DNA of 64,000 bases from a bacterium (lineage in GTDB: Bacteria > UBA8248 > JACPRG01 > G963555815). Below the pieces are notes generated by a model. The model made no database searches. It saw nothing but the letters and a program-made list of their open reading frames with translations, and was not told where the DNA came from. This document shows, piece after piece, positions 61,540 through 64,000 of the stretch. The DNA is taken from assembly GCA_965261595.1 (NCBI GenBank), contig CBDHDG010000007.1, forward strand, positions 32,001 through 96,000, in the 5' to 3' direction. The translations under genes were made by a program, and so were the position numbers. Every line of letters begins with the position of its first letter. Position 1 is the stretch's first letter.

Positions 61540-62138
61540 CTTATTCAATGGATTCGTTGGATGAGGCCCCCGGCCGATGCGGACCGGGCGGTCGCTTGCG
61601 GGCGCACGTGTAGTTTCGGCTCCCGCTTTATGGTACTCATCGGGGGTCGCGCGTAGGCCTGTTCGAGCTAGAGCAGTGGTTTTCGATGGGTGCGGGCGTC
61701 AGATGCTCAGAGAGGATTCGAGAGATCAGGTGGCCGACGCAGTTGAAACGAGCGTGGCGCTTCGAGGCGACGCCGACCATGTGTCCGACCGCTTCTCAAT
61801 GGTCGAACCTTCGTAGCGCGCTCATCCAGCCAACGCCTTACCGATCTGGCGGGCCACATCCCCGGCGGCCGCGCTCACGGCATCGACCACCGCATCCCGA
61901 CACTCCGGGCAGCACACCGCCTCGACGCTGCGGCGAAGGTGGACTTCGTCGAGCCCTGTTCACCCGAGAGTACGAGGGCTTGATGCGGGCGGGACGTGCT
62001 CCAGATGCCCAAACAAGGCCCGGCATTCGAATGTGTGCAAAATGCGCCGAGCACAATTATAATCTTGTGAAGGTCCGACTGAAGTAGGTCAGTTGTGAAA
62101 CGGTAAAGGGATGGAACAGGGAAGAAAGCTGAACGAAA

Positions 62139-62738
62139 ATGAGCGCCAAGGACGCAAGAGAAAATCGAGGCTCCGTAGGCCGGCCGACGAAACTGACGCC
62201 GGAGGTTGCCGACCGTATCGTTGAGGCCATGTCTCTCGGACTTTCGTACAAGGATGCTGCACGAGCCGGAGGCGTTTCGGAACAAACACTTATCGAATGG
62301 CGGGCCCGTGGGGAGCTTGAGCCGGAATCCCCATATACCGAATTACTTGAGCGGATCGAGGGGGCCGTACAGGAAACCGGCGTTGAATACCTGAATGCGA
62401 TCAAGCGGTCGATCCTGGAATCGACCACGATCACGAAAACGCACGTCCGCACCCTTGAAGACGGGTCCAAGATGGAGGAGATCACCAAAGAAGAGCGCCC
62501 CCCGGGTATCAAGGGCGCAATGTGGTGGCTTGAGCGCCGCTTTCCTGATCCCTTTGCCCGAAGGATTGCGCATGGCGGAAAGGTTGGAATCGAGACACCC
62601 CCGAAGCGGAAGGTCACCATCAAGCTTGTGAGCCCGGACGGGACGACCGAGGCGTTTGAGCAAACGGGCGGGGAATCTACAAAGAGCAACGTGTCGCCGA
62701 ATCGTCTGACATCTACAGACGGCAGGAGGATCTCTTAA
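62139..62738 (+). CDS. Phage terminase small-subunit-like HTH protein
   Basis: GRPTKLTPE, DAARAGGVSEQTL.EW, AMWWLERR. Confidence 0.6.
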   Translation: MSAKDARENRGSVGRPTKLTPEVADRIVEAMSLGLSYKDAARAGGVSEQTLIEWRARGELEPESPYTELLERIEGAVQETGVEYLNAIKRSILESTTITKTHVRTLEDGSKMEEITKEERPPGIKGAMWWLERRFPDPFARRIAHGGKVGIETPPKRKVTIKLVSPDGTTEAFEQTGGESTKSNVSPNRLTSTDGRRIS

Positions 62739-62789
62739 GTGCATCTCACTCAAGAGAATCGGAATTATGAGTTATGGGCTTTTAGGTGG

Positions 62790-63010
62790 TTACCCTTTGT
62801 CCTCTTCCCCTCCAGTATCTCTCCCACCATCAGTATCTGCGTCCGGACTGTATTTGACCCCATCAACTTCCAGGTCCCCCTCCTGCGCCCATATCCCTGT
62901 GAAAATTCCCGTCCTTCGTTGGCCCCAGAGGGTCCATAATAATCAAACCCGCCATGAGCGCCTCGTCATTGTCCAGAACGCCTTGCATGGCGCGCAGGTC
63001 TCGGATGGTA
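62790..63010 (-). pseudogene. Fragment resembling the C-terminus of a methylase/Mrr-type endonuclease fusion
   Basis: TIRDLRAMQGVLDNDEALMAGLII..., then shifted QILMVGEILEGKR. Confidence 0.4.
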
Positions 63011-63016
63011 ACGTGC

Positions 63017-63407
63017 TTACCTCCTTTCAAACGCGGCGGTGCATCGGACCTCTCGGCCCCTCAAAAATTCAACGCCCGCCGCCTCGCACGCCACCTCGAT
63101 GCGGTGCTCGTATTTCCCCACCCTTCCGTCTGTGTCGTAAATCACCACAGCAGGCTTCTTGCCGGTCAGCCAAGCGAAGAACAAGGCTTGTTGCACGCTG
63201 TCCAGACTGCTCCGCTTGTCCAGGCCGCCTTCGTACACTGTGGTATCGGTTTCACAGTCCACTCTCACGTATCCTTTGCCGTTGGGATAGGTGTATTCGT
63301 GTCGCACCTCGGTTCTCCCTCCCAGACGGGCGCAAAATTCCCTGTTGTAATCGTCTTCCTTTTTCTTCTGCTGGGTCGCCCCGATGGATGGGATCAGAAC
63401 ACAACAC
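63017..63407 (-). pseudogene. PD-(D/E)XK-like protein, N-terminus cut by IS
   Basis: VRVDCET..VYE..., QQALFF..LTGKKPAVVIYD. Confidence 0.5.
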
Positions 63408-64000
63408 TCCCCCGCTCTAGGGTTTTGTTGGACACTCGATTGATCCATGATTCATGGAGAAAGGGGTGTCGCGATGAACGAACAAAAGCAAGAGGGGGCT
63501 TTGGCGGAGGGCGCCCGCAGGGCGAACGGAGCCAAGGCCCCAGGGCATCGCAGTGAGCGGGGTCGGTTCTCCTGCCAGCGCAAGCGGGAGGCGGTCCTGC
63601 GTCTTTTGCGGGGCGAGAGCCTGGAGACGCTCTGCCGCGAGTTGGGCACGACAGCGGCTCGGCTTTCCGCCTGGCGCGAGGCGTTCCTTCGCGGGGGCGA
63701 GGCGGCGCTCAAAGCCCGCCCGGCGGATGAGCGGGACGAGGAGAACGCCCGGCTCAAGGCCAAGGTGGGCGAACTCACGATGGAGGGCGAGGTCCTGCGG
63801 GAGAAGATCGACCGCCTGGAGGCCGGCCGCCCTTTAGCCGGCAGGAGGTGGAGGCGATGAGTCAGGCCCGCTTCACCTCCACGGGCAGAGCCTACGGCCT
63901 GAAGCGGGTGTGCGCCCTTTGGGGCTTGGCGCGCTCCACGGTCTACGCGCAACGGCGGCGAGAGGCGGTCCCCGTTCATGAACGCCCCACGCCCAATAAG
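63408..64000 (+). mobile_element. IS3-family element, copy 3 (runs off the window)
   Basis: Same IRL and orfA as copy 1. Confidence 0.93.

Noticed and set aside
1..64000. CRISPR or other regularly spaced arrays, rRNA genes
   Set aside because: No repeat-spacer periodicity or rRNA-like sequence seen on reading the intergenic regions; no cas-like ORF.

Overview
GC-rich bacterial chromosomal window; the host taxon cannot be determined from sequence alone. About 1-17.8 kb and 50.5-55.1 kb are catabolic/housekeeping genes: substrate-binding proteins, an M16 peptidase pair, a PilZ-histidine kinase, an SDR, a ferritin-like/AbiV-HEPN-like/GGT run, a degenerate M20 peptidase, a hydantoinase/acetone-carboxylase-like cluster disrupted by IS256, an amidohydrolase and a Rieske oxygenase. 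About 17.84-46.2 kb is a decayed conjugative-element cargo block lying between two truncated host genes. It holds DUF4338 (DruA-like), a PLD-type nuclease, a RIT element, ParB, a GHKL ATPase, DUF2958, a methylase/strawberry-notch helicase, an HNH-Excalibur protein, Ssb, Toprim, DUF4326, DUF2493 and a broken restriction-modification gene. Many insertion sequences are nested here (IS256, two IS3 types, IS1380, IS1595). 55.3-64 kb holds decayed integrative/phage remnants and a tRNA-Leu 3' half (att scar). The most unusual signals: (i) a passenger-carrying IS1595 and a separate 958-bp transposase-less cassette with IS1595-type ends, both with subterminal NrdR-box-like 16-mers; (ii) three IS1380 right ends with a positionally conserved outward sigma70 promoter, two directly upstream of Rieske oxygenase paralogs; (iii) a multicopy IS3-family element with His in place of the first catalytic Asp; (iv) conserved intergenic repeats in the conjugative leading region. 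No CRISPR array or rRNA gene was seen. Family assignments come from recognising motifs by eye, not from database searches.
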